This document shows, in pieces, positions 26,422 through 35,201 of a stretch of DNA of 64,000 nt (position 1 is the first letter of the stretch; the number at the start of each line of letters is the position of its first letter). Below the pieces are notes generated by a model. It did not search any database, had not been told where the DNA came from, and saw only the letters and a program-made list of their open reading frames with translations. Origin of the DNA: an uncultured Verrucomicrobia subdivision 3 bacterium (GTDB lineage Bacteria; Verrucomicrobiota; Verrucomicrobiia; Limisphaerales; UBA8199); assembly GCA_903913865.1 (NCBI GenBank), contig CAIWMU010000098.1, positions 6,696-70,695 of the forward strand, read 5' to 3'. The translations under genes were made by a program, and so were the position numbers.

Positions 26422-28803
26422 ATGAAACATCCAAAAACATTGGCCACCACGCTCCTGGCCTTTCTCCTTTCGGCCGCAACCATGAAGGCAGACATCACAC
26501 TCCCGGCAGTGCTCGGCAGCAACATGGTTCTTCAGCGCGGGCAGAAGGTTCCGATCTGGGGCTGGGCCGCGCCGGGTGAGAGTGTGCGGGTGGAATTCGG
26601 GGGACAGACCCGCAGTGCAAAGGCTGACACTGCGGGGCGCTGGGAGGTGCGCCTGGGGGCGATGAAGGCAAGTGATGTTCCATCGAATCTGGTGGTGGAG
26701 GGGGCGAACCGGATCGTGCTGACCAACATCGTGGTGGGGGAGGTGTGGCTCTGCTCAGGTCAGTCCAACATGGAAAAGCCGATCGGGCAGCAACCGGGGC
26801 AGCGGCCTGTGCTGAATCACGAGAAGGAACTTGCCGGATCGGACTATCCGGGCATCCGCCTTTTCCGTGTGAATGCGGCGACTGGAGTGAGTCCGGTGCG
26901 GGATGTGAAAAGCCTGGGGTGGCACCTGTGCAACTCGAATTCAAACGAGAAACTGAGGTTCTCCGCCGCCGCCTACTTTTTCGGGCGGGAACTGCATCGT
27001 GAACTTGGAGTGCCGGTGGGATTGATTGTTTCCGCTGTGGGCGGCACACGGATTGAGCCGTGGACTCCCCCGGTGGGATTCGACGCTGTGAAAGGGCTTG
27101 CGGCGCAGATTGATCCGGTGCCGGCGGAGGGGAGAGTCACAGCCCAGACCCCCACCGCTCTTTACAATGGAATGATCGCGCCCCTCGTCCCGTTCGCCTT
27201 GCGCGGGGCGATCTGGTATCAGGGGGAATCCAACACCATCGACATCCCGGATGGGCCGGTTTATGCGGACAAGATGAAGGCGCTGATCGCCGGTTGGAGA
27301 AAGACATGGGGGCAGGGTGATTTCCCGTTTTATTACGTGCAACTGGCCCCCTACTGCTATTTTTCTGATCGGGACACACCGCGTGCGCCGGATGCGGAGG
27401 CCCTGCCGGAGATCTGGGAGGCGCAGACGGCGGCACTGGCCGTGCGGCACACCGGCATGGTGGTCACCACCGATCTGGTGGATGATTTGAAGGACATCCA
27501 TCCCGTGAACAAGCTGGACGTGGGCAGGCGTCTGGCGCGACTTGCGCTGGCCCGAAGCTACGGGCGGAAGGATATTGTGGCATCGGGTCCGATGTTCCGG
27601 GATGCGATCTTCTCCGCCGGGAGGGCAGTGGTGAGCTTTGACCATGCGGATGGAGGGTTGGTGAGCCGGGATGGGCAGCCGCTGGACTGGTTCACGATCT
27701 GCGGCAGAGATGGCCGGTTTGTTCCCGCCACGGCGGTGATTGCGGGAACCAAAGTCGTGGTTTCCAGCCCCGGGGTTCCGGAGCCGAAGGCGGTGCGGTT
27801 TGGCTGGCATGAGAAGGCCAGCCCGAACCTGTTCAACGGGGCGGGGTTGCCTGCGGCACCGTTCCGGAGCGACCGTCCCGAAATGGAACGGGGCGGGGCG
27901 GCAGCCCGGGGGCAGGCATACCTGTTTTCTTATTTCGTCGGGAATGGCGAGGATGGGCTGCATCTGGCCTGGAGCCGGGATGGATACGATTGGAAGGCGC
28001 TGAAGAATGGCGAAAGCTACCTCACCCCGATGGTTGGGGAGTCCAAGCTCATGCGGGATCCCTGCCTGATTCGCGGGCCGGACGGGATCTTCCACATGGT
28101 CTGGACCACCGCGTGGCAGGGCAAAACCATCGGCCACGCGACATCGAAAGATCTCATCACCTGGTCGGAACAGACGGCCATACCTGTGATGGCGCACGAA
28201 CCGGGGACGATGAATTGCTGGGCGCCGGAGATCTTCTGGGATGCCGACCGGGGCCACTTTTTGATTTTCTGGGCCACGACGATTCCCGGGCATTTCCCGG
28301 AAGGGGAGGGCACGGCTGAGGGGAAGACGAACCACAGGATTTATTGCACCACCACCCGGGACTTCAAGAGTTTCAAGCCCACGAGACTGCTGTTTGAGCA
28401 GGGCTTCAACGTGATCGATGCCACCCTGCTGCCCGCGAAGGGGAAGTATCACCTGATCGTGAAGGACGAGCGGCTGAAGCCGGAGCAGAAGAATTTGAGG
28501 ATTGCCGTGGGGCGCCATCCGGATGGCCCGTTCAGCCCGGCGGGGGAGCCGTTCACGAGACACTGGGTGGAGGGGCCAACCTCGCTGAAGGTGGGGGATG
28601 ATTACCTGGTCTATTTTGATGCTTACAGGGACAACCGTTACGAAGTCCTGAAGTCGCGGGACCTGAAGACCTGGGAGGACGTCTCCGGGAAGCTTTCCAT
28701 GCCAAAGGGCATCCGCCACGGCAGCGCCCTGCCGGTCCCCATCTCGGTTGTGCGCAAGCTTCTGGAATCGGCTCCGGCGAAGGCGGTGCAGCCCCGGAAA
28801 TAG
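26422..28803 (+). CDS. sialate O-acetylesterase (SASA) fused to a GH43-like five-bladed propeller
   Basis: N-terminal GEVWLCSGQSNM, WYQGESN, DIHP; C-terminal YLFSYF...GLHLAWS, MRDP, WAPE, IDAT, EGP, RHG. Confidence 0.85.
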   Translation: MKHPKTLATTLLAFLLSAATMKADITLPAVLGSNMVLQRGQKVPIWGWAAPGESVRVEFGGQTRSAKADTAGRWEVRLGAMKASDVPSNLVVEGANRIVLTNIVVGEVWLCSGQSNMEKPIGQQPGQRPVLNHEKELAGSDYPGIRLFRVNAATGVSPVRDVKSLGWHLCNSNSNEKLRFSAAAYFFGRELHRELGVPVGLIVSAVGGTRIEPWTPPVGFDAVKGLAAQIDPVPAEGRVTAQTPTALYNGMIAPLVPFALRGAIWYQGESNTIDIPDGPVYADKMKALIAGWRKTWGQGDFPFYYVQLAPYCYFSDRDTPRAPDAEALPEIWEAQTAALAVRHTGMVVTTDLVDDLKDIHPVNKLDVGRRLARLALARSYGRKDIVASGPMFRDAIFSAGRAVVSFDHADGGLVSRDGQPLDWFTICGRDGRFVPATAVIAGTKVVVSSPGVPEPKAVRFGWHEKASPNLFNGAGLPAAPFRSDRPEMERGGAAARGQAYLFSYFVGNGEDGLHLAWSRDGYDWKALKNGESYLTPMVGESKLMRDPCLIRGPDGIFHMVWTTAWQGKTIGHATSKDLITWSEQTAIPVMAHEPGTMNCWAPEIFWDADRGHFLIFWATTIPGHFPEGEGTAEGKTNHRIYCTTTRDFKSFKPTRLLFEQGFNVIDATLLPAKGKYHLIVKDERLKPEQKNLRIAVGRHPDGPFSPAGEPFTRHWVEGPTSLKVGDDYLVYFDAYRDNRYEVLKSRDLKTWEDVSGKLSMPKGIRHGSALPVPISVVRKLLESAPAKAVQPRK

Positions 28804-28839
28804 GGGAAAATCACAGTGCACGAAGACTTTTTTTGAACC

Positions 28840-30747
28840 ATGAAACAAATCAGCAGAAAGATAATGATGAGAACAATCCTGTGGGAGGCCCTGGGCCTTG
28901 TATGCGGGCTGGCGTTGGTTTCGCCGGTGGCAGCGGCGGAGGAGGTGCGGGATTTTGACTCCCTTTACACCAAGCACGAGCACCGCATCCCGATGCGGGA
29001 CGGGGTCCGGCTGTTCACGGTCGTTTACACGCCGAAGGACAAGTCGGCGGCCCTGCCCATCCTGCTGCAGCGGACCCCCTACGATCTCAAACCCTACACC
29101 ATTGATGTGCGCCGGAAGCCGGGAGGGATCCCGGATTCCTACATCCGGGAGCGGTTCATTTTCGCCATGCAGGACGTGCGGGGGCGGTATGCATCGGGCG
29201 GCCGGTTTGAGGACATGCGCCCGATACGGGCTGACAAAAAGGGGCCGAAGGACACGGATGAATCGACCGACGCATGGGACACCATCGACTGGCTTGTGAA
29301 GCATGTGCCCGGGCACAATGGCAATGTGGGGATGCAGGGCATTTCCTATCTCGGATTTTATGCGGCGACCGGGATGGTGGACTCGCATCCGGCACTCAAG
29401 GCGGTTTCACCCCAGGCACCGGCCTCGGATGTTTATGGCGGGGATGACTGCCTGCATGGGGGCGGGTTCTGGCTCGCGCACAATTTCAGCTTCTGGAACT
29501 ACTTTGATCAGGGGTTGGAGGATCCCACCCGTCAGGAACCGGTGGGTCTGGATTACAAAACGCCGGACGGTTACCAGTTTTATCTGGAGGGCGGGGCGGT
29601 GGCATGGATCGGGGAGAAGTATTACAAGGGGAAAAGCGCCTCGTGGAACGACATGGTGGCGAACATCACAAATGCCGCCTGGTGCGCGGAGCGGGACCTG
29701 ACACCCCATTTGAAGAACGTCCATGCGGCGGTGCTCACGGTGGGGGGATGGTTTGACGCCGAGGACCTGCACGGCACCCTCAAGACCTACCAGGCAACGG
29801 GCGCGAACAACCCGGGCATCTTCAATGGCCTTGTGATGGGGCCGTGGTCGCACGGCGCCTGGCACCACGGCGAGGCGAGGTCGCTGGGGTCGGTCGATTT
29901 TCATGCCGCCACCGGGGAGTATTTCCGCGACCACATTGAGCTGCCCTTTTTCCGGAAATTCCTGAAGGGAGCCACCAATGAGAGCGTCATGCCGGTGCAT
30001 GTCTTTGAGACCGGCAGGGATGAATGGCGGGAGATGGCATCCTGGCCCCCCTCCAACACCGTCAACCGCACCGTGTGGCTGCAGGGGAGTGGATCCCTTG
30101 CATTTCAACCACCAGAGACCGGCGAGACCGCATTTGATGAGTATGTCACAGATCCCAACCGCCCGGTTCCCTTCACGAGCCGCATCAGCATCGGCATGCC
30201 GAGGGAATACATGGTGGAGGATCAGCGGTTCGCGTCCCGCCGCCCCGATGTGATGGTTTACCGCACCGCGCCGCTGGAGGAGGATCTGACCGTGGCCGGG
30301 CCGATCACGATCGACCTCCACGTCAGCACGACCGGGACGGATGGGGACTGGGTGGTGAAGTTGATCGATGTTTACACCGGGGACCATCCCGATCCTGAGA
30401 ATGCACCCGGGGATGCGCCGCGCCTGGGGAGCTACCAGCAGCTCGTGCGCGGGGAGCCGTTGCGCGCAAAATTCCGGAACGGGCTGGACCATCCCGAACC
30501 GATGCTTCCGGGGCAGGTGTGCCGGCTGCAGTGGACGCTGCCGGATGTGTATCACACCTTCCGTTCCGGGCACCGCCTGATGATCCAGATCCAGGGCACC
30601 TGGTTCCCGTTGCTGGACCGCAATCCGCAGGTCTTCTGCGACATTTACCGCGCCAAACCCGGGGATTACAAGGTGGCAACCCAGCGTGTTTACAGGGACC
30701 GCACCCACGCCTCCTCGATCGTCCTCCCGGTGATTCCCTCGCCGTAG
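28840..30747 (+). CDS. CocE/NonD family hydrolase (S15; alpha-amino acid ester hydrolase / glutaryl-7-ACA acylase-like)
   Basis: PMRDGVRL, RTPY, QDVRGR, nucleophile motif GISYLG, GGWFDAED, GPWSHG, DQRFASRRPDV. Confidence 0.9.
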   Translation: MKQISRKIMMRTILWEALGLVCGLALVSPVAAAEEVRDFDSLYTKHEHRIPMRDGVRLFTVVYTPKDKSAALPILLQRTPYDLKPYTIDVRRKPGGIPDSYIRERFIFAMQDVRGRYASGGRFEDMRPIRADKKGPKDTDESTDAWDTIDWLVKHVPGHNGNVGMQGISYLGFYAATGMVDSHPALKAVSPQAPASDVYGGDDCLHGGGFWLAHNFSFWNYFDQGLEDPTRQEPVGLDYKTPDGYQFYLEGGAVAWIGEKYYKGKSASWNDMVANITNAAWCAERDLTPHLKNVHAAVLTVGGWFDAEDLHGTLKTYQATGANNPGIFNGLVMGPWSHGAWHHGEARSLGSVDFHAATGEYFRDHIELPFFRKFLKGATNESVMPVHVFETGRDEWREMASWPPSNTVNRTVWLQGSGSLAFQPPETGETAFDEYVTDPNRPVPFTSRISIGMPREYMVEDQRFASRRPDVMVYRTAPLEEDLTVAGPITIDLHVSTTGTDGDWVVKLIDVYTGDHPDPENAPGDAPRLGSYQQLVRGEPLRAKFRNGLDHPEPMLPGQVCRLQWTLPDVYHTFRSGHRLMIQIQGTWFPLLDRNPQVFCDIYRAKPGDYKVATQRVYRDRTHASSIVLPVIPSP

Positions 30748-30762
30748 GGGAAGCGGGGGATG

Positions 30763-30792
30763 TAGCCGCAAAAGGGCACAAAACGCGCAGAA
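30763..30792. repeat. short purine-rich ~9-nt-periodic repeat arm
   Basis: TAGCCGCAAAAGGGCACAAAACGCGCAGAA; same style as the arms at 31280-31340, 31563-31592 and 31633-31662. Confidence 0.45.
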
Positions 30793-30890
30793 GAGGATAG
30801 GGGATGGCGCGTTCCGTGGAGCGTTGGCACCCCGGCAGGAGTCCCGGCGTTGGGTTGGAATGGATGGGGTCGTGAAGGTGTGGCGGGCTG

Positions 30891-31104
30891 GCATCCCTCC
30901 GGGATGCGGGTGTGATGTGGGGCCATACCGGTGGTGTCGTCGCGTTGCTCCTCAACCACCGGCTAATGTCTGGGAACCCTCCGGGTTCGGGGAGGGGGCG
31001 CATCTTCATCCCGGATGGGATGGCAGCGATTAGCGCGGGGTTGAGCGGGAGCGACACCCCGGGAATCCGACGAACAAGGCGTCCGGACCGTAGGGGGGTG
31101 TCCC
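30891..31104. repeat. inverted pair of three-hairpin REP/MITE-like elements (30891-30988 and 31007-31104)
   Basis: GCATCCC-TCC-GGGATGC, CCGGTGGT...ACCACCGG, GAACCC-TCC-GGGTTC; the second copy is a degenerate reverse complement sharing GGTGTCG...CTCAACC...GCTAAT. Confidence 0.75.
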
Positions 31105-31117
31105 ATTTCGGGTCCGG

Positions 31118-31553
31118 GAATCCCAACGGGGATTCTGCCACAAAGCCCGGGGTTACGCCGTCCTTGGCGTTACCCCGGGTGTGCGTGGGGGATGCGCCAC
31201 AACCCCGAAGGGTGTTGTGCCGAGGGTTGTCCCGGGCATGCAGCCACATCGTGCCTGCAAGACTTGGTTGAAAAATGTTCTCCCGCAGAGATACGGAGAC
31301 GCAGAGAAGAAATTCCTCTCCGTGTCTCGGCGTCTGCGCGCGCCATCAAATCTATTTCATCGGTATCCATTGTGTGGTGTTAATTCATCGCCAAGCGGAA
31401 CCTGAACCGTTTTCGCCCTTGTTCCACGGCACCCCCCGGCGGGCACGACGGGACAACCCGCTTGCGGGGTTGGGGATGCGATGTGGCCTGGACCCGGGGT
31501 AGTGCGGCGATCCGCACAACCCCGGGCTTTATGGCACAACCTCCTTGAGGTTG
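31118..31553. mobile_element. non-autonomous element: two inverted three-hairpin ends (31118-31220, 31451-31553) with no transposase between
   Basis: GAATCCC-AACG-GGGATTC, CCCGGGGT...ACCCCGGG, AACCCCGAAGGG; mirrored at 31451-31553 (ACCCGGGGTA...AACCCCGGGCTT, CAACCTC-CTT-GAGGTTG). Confidence 0.6.
31280..31340. repeat. imperfect inverted repeat with ~9-nt periodic arms
   Basis: CGCAGAGATACGGAGACGCAGAG / CTCTCCGTGTCTCGGCGTCTGCG; related single arm at 31633-31662. Confidence 0.6.
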
Positions 31554-31894
31554 GGGAGGGGGAACCGCGAATGGACGTGGATGGACCCAAATGGGGGGAG
31601 GCCTTTGTGTGGAGGCGTTGACCGGCGACTTCCTCTCCGCGCCTCTGCTTCTCCGCGCGAGATTTTTTCTCAATACCCGGCGGGATCGTGAGCGGGGAAG
31701 CTCCGGGCGGCGTGGGTGAGAATCACTGTTCTGGATCCAGAACCGCGGGGCTGATAGGATTTTGGCCGCCGTGCTCCATGCGTTTGCTGGTGTCATTGGC
31801 AGGGGCATTTGTCGGACACCGCCAGAGTTGGATTTGCAGCGGTTATAGCGCTGGATTGTCGGTGTGGTATGGGATCGGGGCTGAGTCAAATTGA

Positions 31895-34297
31895 GTGAAG
31901 AGCAGGAAGCAAAGCAGGGTTGAAGATCGCGCGCCGAGGCCGGGAGGCCGGGGGCGTGCCTGGGGTGTTTTGTTGCTTGTTGCCGTGGTGGCTGGGTTCG
32001 GGTGGTTCTGGCTGAGCCGGGAGGTGGGGCATCCGGCGGCGGGGGAGGTTGAGCCGGTGCGCCCCGTGTTTTCGCTGCCGGATGAGAAACAGGTTTTTGC
32101 GACCTACGGCGGTTCGGCGAGCTGCCGCGAGTGTCATGAGGAGGCTTTTGACGGGTGGTCCAAATCGAATCATGGACTTGCGGAACGGGCGGTGAGCGCC
32201 GGGATGGACCAGGGAAGCTTCGATCCCGGGAGGGAGTTTCGTCATGGCACACAGGGGACATCGGTCGGGTGGCAGGCCGGGCAGGGGCAGGTCTGCACGA
32301 TGGGGCTGCATGGGACCGGGGAGGTGTTCAGGGCGGAGCGGGTGATCGGGCACAATCCGTTGAGGCAATACCTGGTGCCGTTTCCGGGGGGGCGATGGCA
32401 GACGCTGGAGGCCTCGTTTGATCCCATCTCCAACCAGTGGTTCAACGTGTATGGCCAGGAGGACCGGAAACCGGGGGAGTGGGGCCACTGGACCGGGCGC
32501 GGGATGAACTGGAACAGCATGTGTGCGGTGTGCCACAACACCCGGCTGCGGAAGAATTATGATGAAGGGGCGGATATCTACCGCACCTCCATGGTGGAGC
32601 CGGGGGTGGGCTGTGAATCGTGCCATGGGCCGTTGCGGGCCCACAATGAGTGGCAGGAGCAGCACCGGAAAACAGGGGGGAAGGATCCGACGCTGAAGAA
32701 GCTCACCCGGCAGCAGACCGTGGACAACTGTGGATTTTGCCATGCCCGACGCACGGATCTGACGGGGGATTTCAAGCCCGGGGCTTCCTTCTACGACCAC
32801 CAACATCCCAGCATTGTGGATGAGGGGGAGACCTTTTATCCGGATGGGCAGATCCGGGATGAGGACTACGAATTTGCGCCGTTCCTGGGCAGCCGGATGC
32901 ATGCGGCGGGGGTTCATTGCATGGATTGCCACAATCCGCACACGATGAAGACCCTCCTGCCGGGGAACTGGCTGTGCATGAAATGCCACGGGGGCGGGGT
33001 GACCAATGCGCCGGTGATCGATCCGGTGGGGCATGGGCACCACCGGGTTTACGGTTATGACACAAACGGGGTACTCATCAATCCCGATCTTTCGGCCTAC
33101 AATCCGCGCCGTATCAAGGAGACCGGCGGGGAATGTGTGAACTGCCACATGCCCCAGACCGCCTACATGCAGCGCCACTGGCGGCATGACCATGGTTTCA
33201 CGATACCGGATCCGGTGCTGACGCGGGATCACGGGATCCCCAACGCCTGCAACCGCTGCCATGCGGACAAGGATGCGGCCTGGTCGATCGAATGGACCGA
33301 CCGCTGGTATGGGGCAAAAATGCAGCGGCCCACGCGTGTTCGTGCCCAGTTGCTGGCGCGGCTCCGGGCCGGGGATGCCCGGGCGACCGAGGGGCTGCTG
33401 GAGGTGTTGCGCGGGGAGGCGATTCCCTATTGGCGGGCGGTGATCCTGCGCATGCTCGGGCAGCATGGGAGAAGCCCCCGGGTGCGTGCGGCACTTGAAC
33501 TGGGGGTGCTGGACACGAACGCGCTTGTCCGGGCCGAGGCGGTGACGGCCCTGGGGCCGCTTTTGGAGGACGGGGACCCGCGCCTGCTGGCAACCGTCCG
33601 CCCGGCTCTTGGGGATGTGTCGCGCAACGTGCGGATCGCTGCGGCGCGGGTCTGGCCGCAGGGGCCGGAGGAGGTCCCCGCCCTGGTGGGATCGGAACTG
33701 CAGCACAGCCTGGACATCAACGCCGACCAGCCATCCGGCCAGTTTGCCAAGGGGCTGCATTTGAGGGGGCGTGACAATACCGGTGCCCTGGAGCATCTGC
33801 GCCGGGCTGTGGCGTGGGATCCGAATTCGCCCCCTTTCCACTCGGAACTGGCGGGGCTTTTGAGTGCGATGGGACGGCCGCAGGAAGCGGCGGATGCGCT
33901 CCAGGCGGCGGTGAGGCAGATCCCGGGGGATGGGAATCTTCATTACCACCTGGGGTTGGCGCTTGCCGAGTTGAACCAGCCGGGTGCTGCAAGGGCGGAA
34001 CTGGAGATGGCGGTCAGGCTGAATCCCCGCCATGCGCGGGCCTGGTATAATCTGGGCCTCGCCCAGAATCAGGGAGGGCAGCCGGAATCGGCATTGGAAT
34101 CGCTGACCCAGGCCGAGGGGCTGCAGCAGGATGATCCGGAGATACCGTATGCCCGCGCGACGATCCTGATGCGCCTCAGGCGGAATGGGGAAGCGATGAG
34201 ATCAATCCGGCGGGCGTTGGAGCTGGCACCCGGTTATCCGGAGGCCAGGGAACTGGAGCGGGTGCTGGGGGGACAGAAGGCAGAGGGCTCCCAATAG
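31895..34297 (+). CDS. multiheme (8 CxxCH) cytochrome c with HEAT and TPR repeats
   Basis: N-terminal TM anchor; CRECH, CAVCH, CESCH, CGFCH, CMDCH, CMKCH, CVNCH, CNRCH; then VRAEAV..L HEAT-like and YHLGLAL/AWYNLGLA TPRs. Confidence 0.9.
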   Translation: MKSRKQSRVEDRAPRPGGRGRAWGVLLLVAVVAGFGWFWLSREVGHPAAGEVEPVRPVFSLPDEKQVFATYGGSASCRECHEEAFDGWSKSNHGLAERAVSAGMDQGSFDPGREFRHGTQGTSVGWQAGQGQVCTMGLHGTGEVFRAERVIGHNPLRQYLVPFPGGRWQTLEASFDPISNQWFNVYGQEDRKPGEWGHWTGRGMNWNSMCAVCHNTRLRKNYDEGADIYRTSMVEPGVGCESCHGPLRAHNEWQEQHRKTGGKDPTLKKLTRQQTVDNCGFCHARRTDLTGDFKPGASFYDHQHPSIVDEGETFYPDGQIRDEDYEFAPFLGSRMHAAGVHCMDCHNPHTMKTLLPGNWLCMKCHGGGVTNAPVIDPVGHGHHRVYGYDTNGVLINPDLSAYNPRRIKETGGECVNCHMPQTAYMQRHWRHDHGFTIPDPVLTRDHGIPNACNRCHADKDAAWSIEWTDRWYGAKMQRPTRVRAQLLARLRAGDARATEGLLEVLRGEAIPYWRAVILRMLGQHGRSPRVRAALELGVLDTNALVRAEAVTALGPLLEDGDPRLLATVRPALGDVSRNVRIAAARVWPQGPEEVPALVGSELQHSLDINADQPSGQFAKGLHLRGRDNTGALEHLRRAVAWDPNSPPFHSELAGLLSAMGRPQEAADALQAAVRQIPGDGNLHYHLGLALAELNQPGAARAELEMAVRLNPRHARAWYNLGLAQNQGGQPESALESLTQAEGLQQDDPEIPYARATILMRLRRNGEAMRSIRRALELAPGYPEARELERVLGGQKAEGSQ

Positions 34298-34419
34298 CCT
34301 TTCGGGCGCTTATCAAAGGTTTGGCGCTCGCAGGTCATTTCGTTGGACCGTCGGCGAGTGGAGGGTGGAATCGGCCGGGAGCCGGAGGCTTTATCCGGGT
34401 TTTTGCGTGAGGTTGGTGG

Positions 34420-34929
34420 TCACTTCACGCCTGGTCGGGCGGCAGCCTGGGGGTCGATGAGTTTGAGGGCGTTTGTTGCGGCGCTGCGGACAAATTCACA
34501 CTCGTCCCCGGTCATCGTGCGAACAAGCGCGGGAATGGCGGGTCGGGAGGCGGTCCCGATTATGCCCAAGGCCGAGGCTGCTCGCGAGCGCACGATCTCC
34601 GCTGGAGGGGCTGGCGTCGGCAAAAAGCTTCTCAGACCGGACGGCAGCCCCCTCACGAACGAGCGATAGGAGATTTTTGGCTCCACGGAGATCTTTTGAT
34701 TCAGCGCGTTCACCAGGAAAGGAACGGCATTTGATCCAAAACCAACCCAGGCCCCTCGAAACATGCGGTCGGCATAAGGTCCGCCGTAATTATAATTCAT
34801 CCAGTAGTCCGGCGATTTGCCCTGGTAAAGCGGCCCACGATTGCCCGGCACGAGCCAGACAATCAAGCTGACAAGTGCGACTACAAAAATAGTGAGGGCG
34901 ATGCGACGCTTCTCTAGCACGGGGCACAT
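34420..34929 (-). CDS. small membrane-anchored HEAT-repeat protein
   Basis: N-terminal TM; PLYQGKSPDYW; GSNAVPFL; RAASALG..G...AIPAL; VRSAATNAL. Start could be GTG 34920. Confidence 0.7.
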   Translation of the reverse strand: MCPVLEKRRIALTIFVVALVSLIVWLVPGNRGPLYQGKSPDYWMNYNYGGPYADRMFRGAWVGFGSNAVPFLVNALNQKISVEPKISYRSFVRGLPSGLRSFLPTPAPPAEIVRSRAASALGIIGTASRPAIPALVRTMTGDECEFVRSAATNALKLIDPQAAARPGVK

Positions 34930-35034
34930 TCTAAGCCGGATGGGGCGGAAATCCAGAATGTTGCGCCTCAGTCACCTGCGTTCAACCGGTGAGGGATTGC
35001 AGCCCCGTTCTGGGATGGATTTTCGGGTTCGGTA

Positions 35035-35062
35035 CAAAAGGAAGGGGGCCTCCAGGCCCCCT
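35035..35062 (-). terminator. putative intrinsic terminator downstream of the AAA gene
   Basis: Minus strand AGGGGGCC-TGGA-GGCCCCCT followed by TCCTTTTG. Confidence 0.45.
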
Positions 35063-35201
35063 AGCCGGCTTCGCTTGAGACTTTGGCCGGAGCCAAAGTG
35101 GAAACCATTTTTGGTGACCCTTCTTATCCCAAAGATGCGAGGTCGCGTCAACGATGGATTTTTTTCCGGTGGAGAAATCGGTGGGGTCTGGTGCCGCCGG
35201 G

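Noticed and set aside
26941-29388. 815-aa minus-strand ORF (also 8992-10371, 24943-26289, 29407-30894, 31886-34033, 47103-48509, 59434-60978)
   Set aside because: Antisense shadows of well-supported genes in GC-rich DNA; no recognisable motifs
31441-31449. GGGCACGAC match to the tRNA-Leu 3' end as a possible att site
   Set aside because: Only 9 bp, plausible by chance; no integrase, and core genes lie in between
30891-31553. Possible CRISPR array or integron attC array
   Set aside because: Units are not identical direct repeats with regular spacers, they alternate in orientation, and no cas or integrase gene is present
30323-32261. ORFs of 60-308 aa across the repeat-rich intergenic region
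   Set aside because: Translations of hairpin repeats; no HUH or DDE transposase motifs
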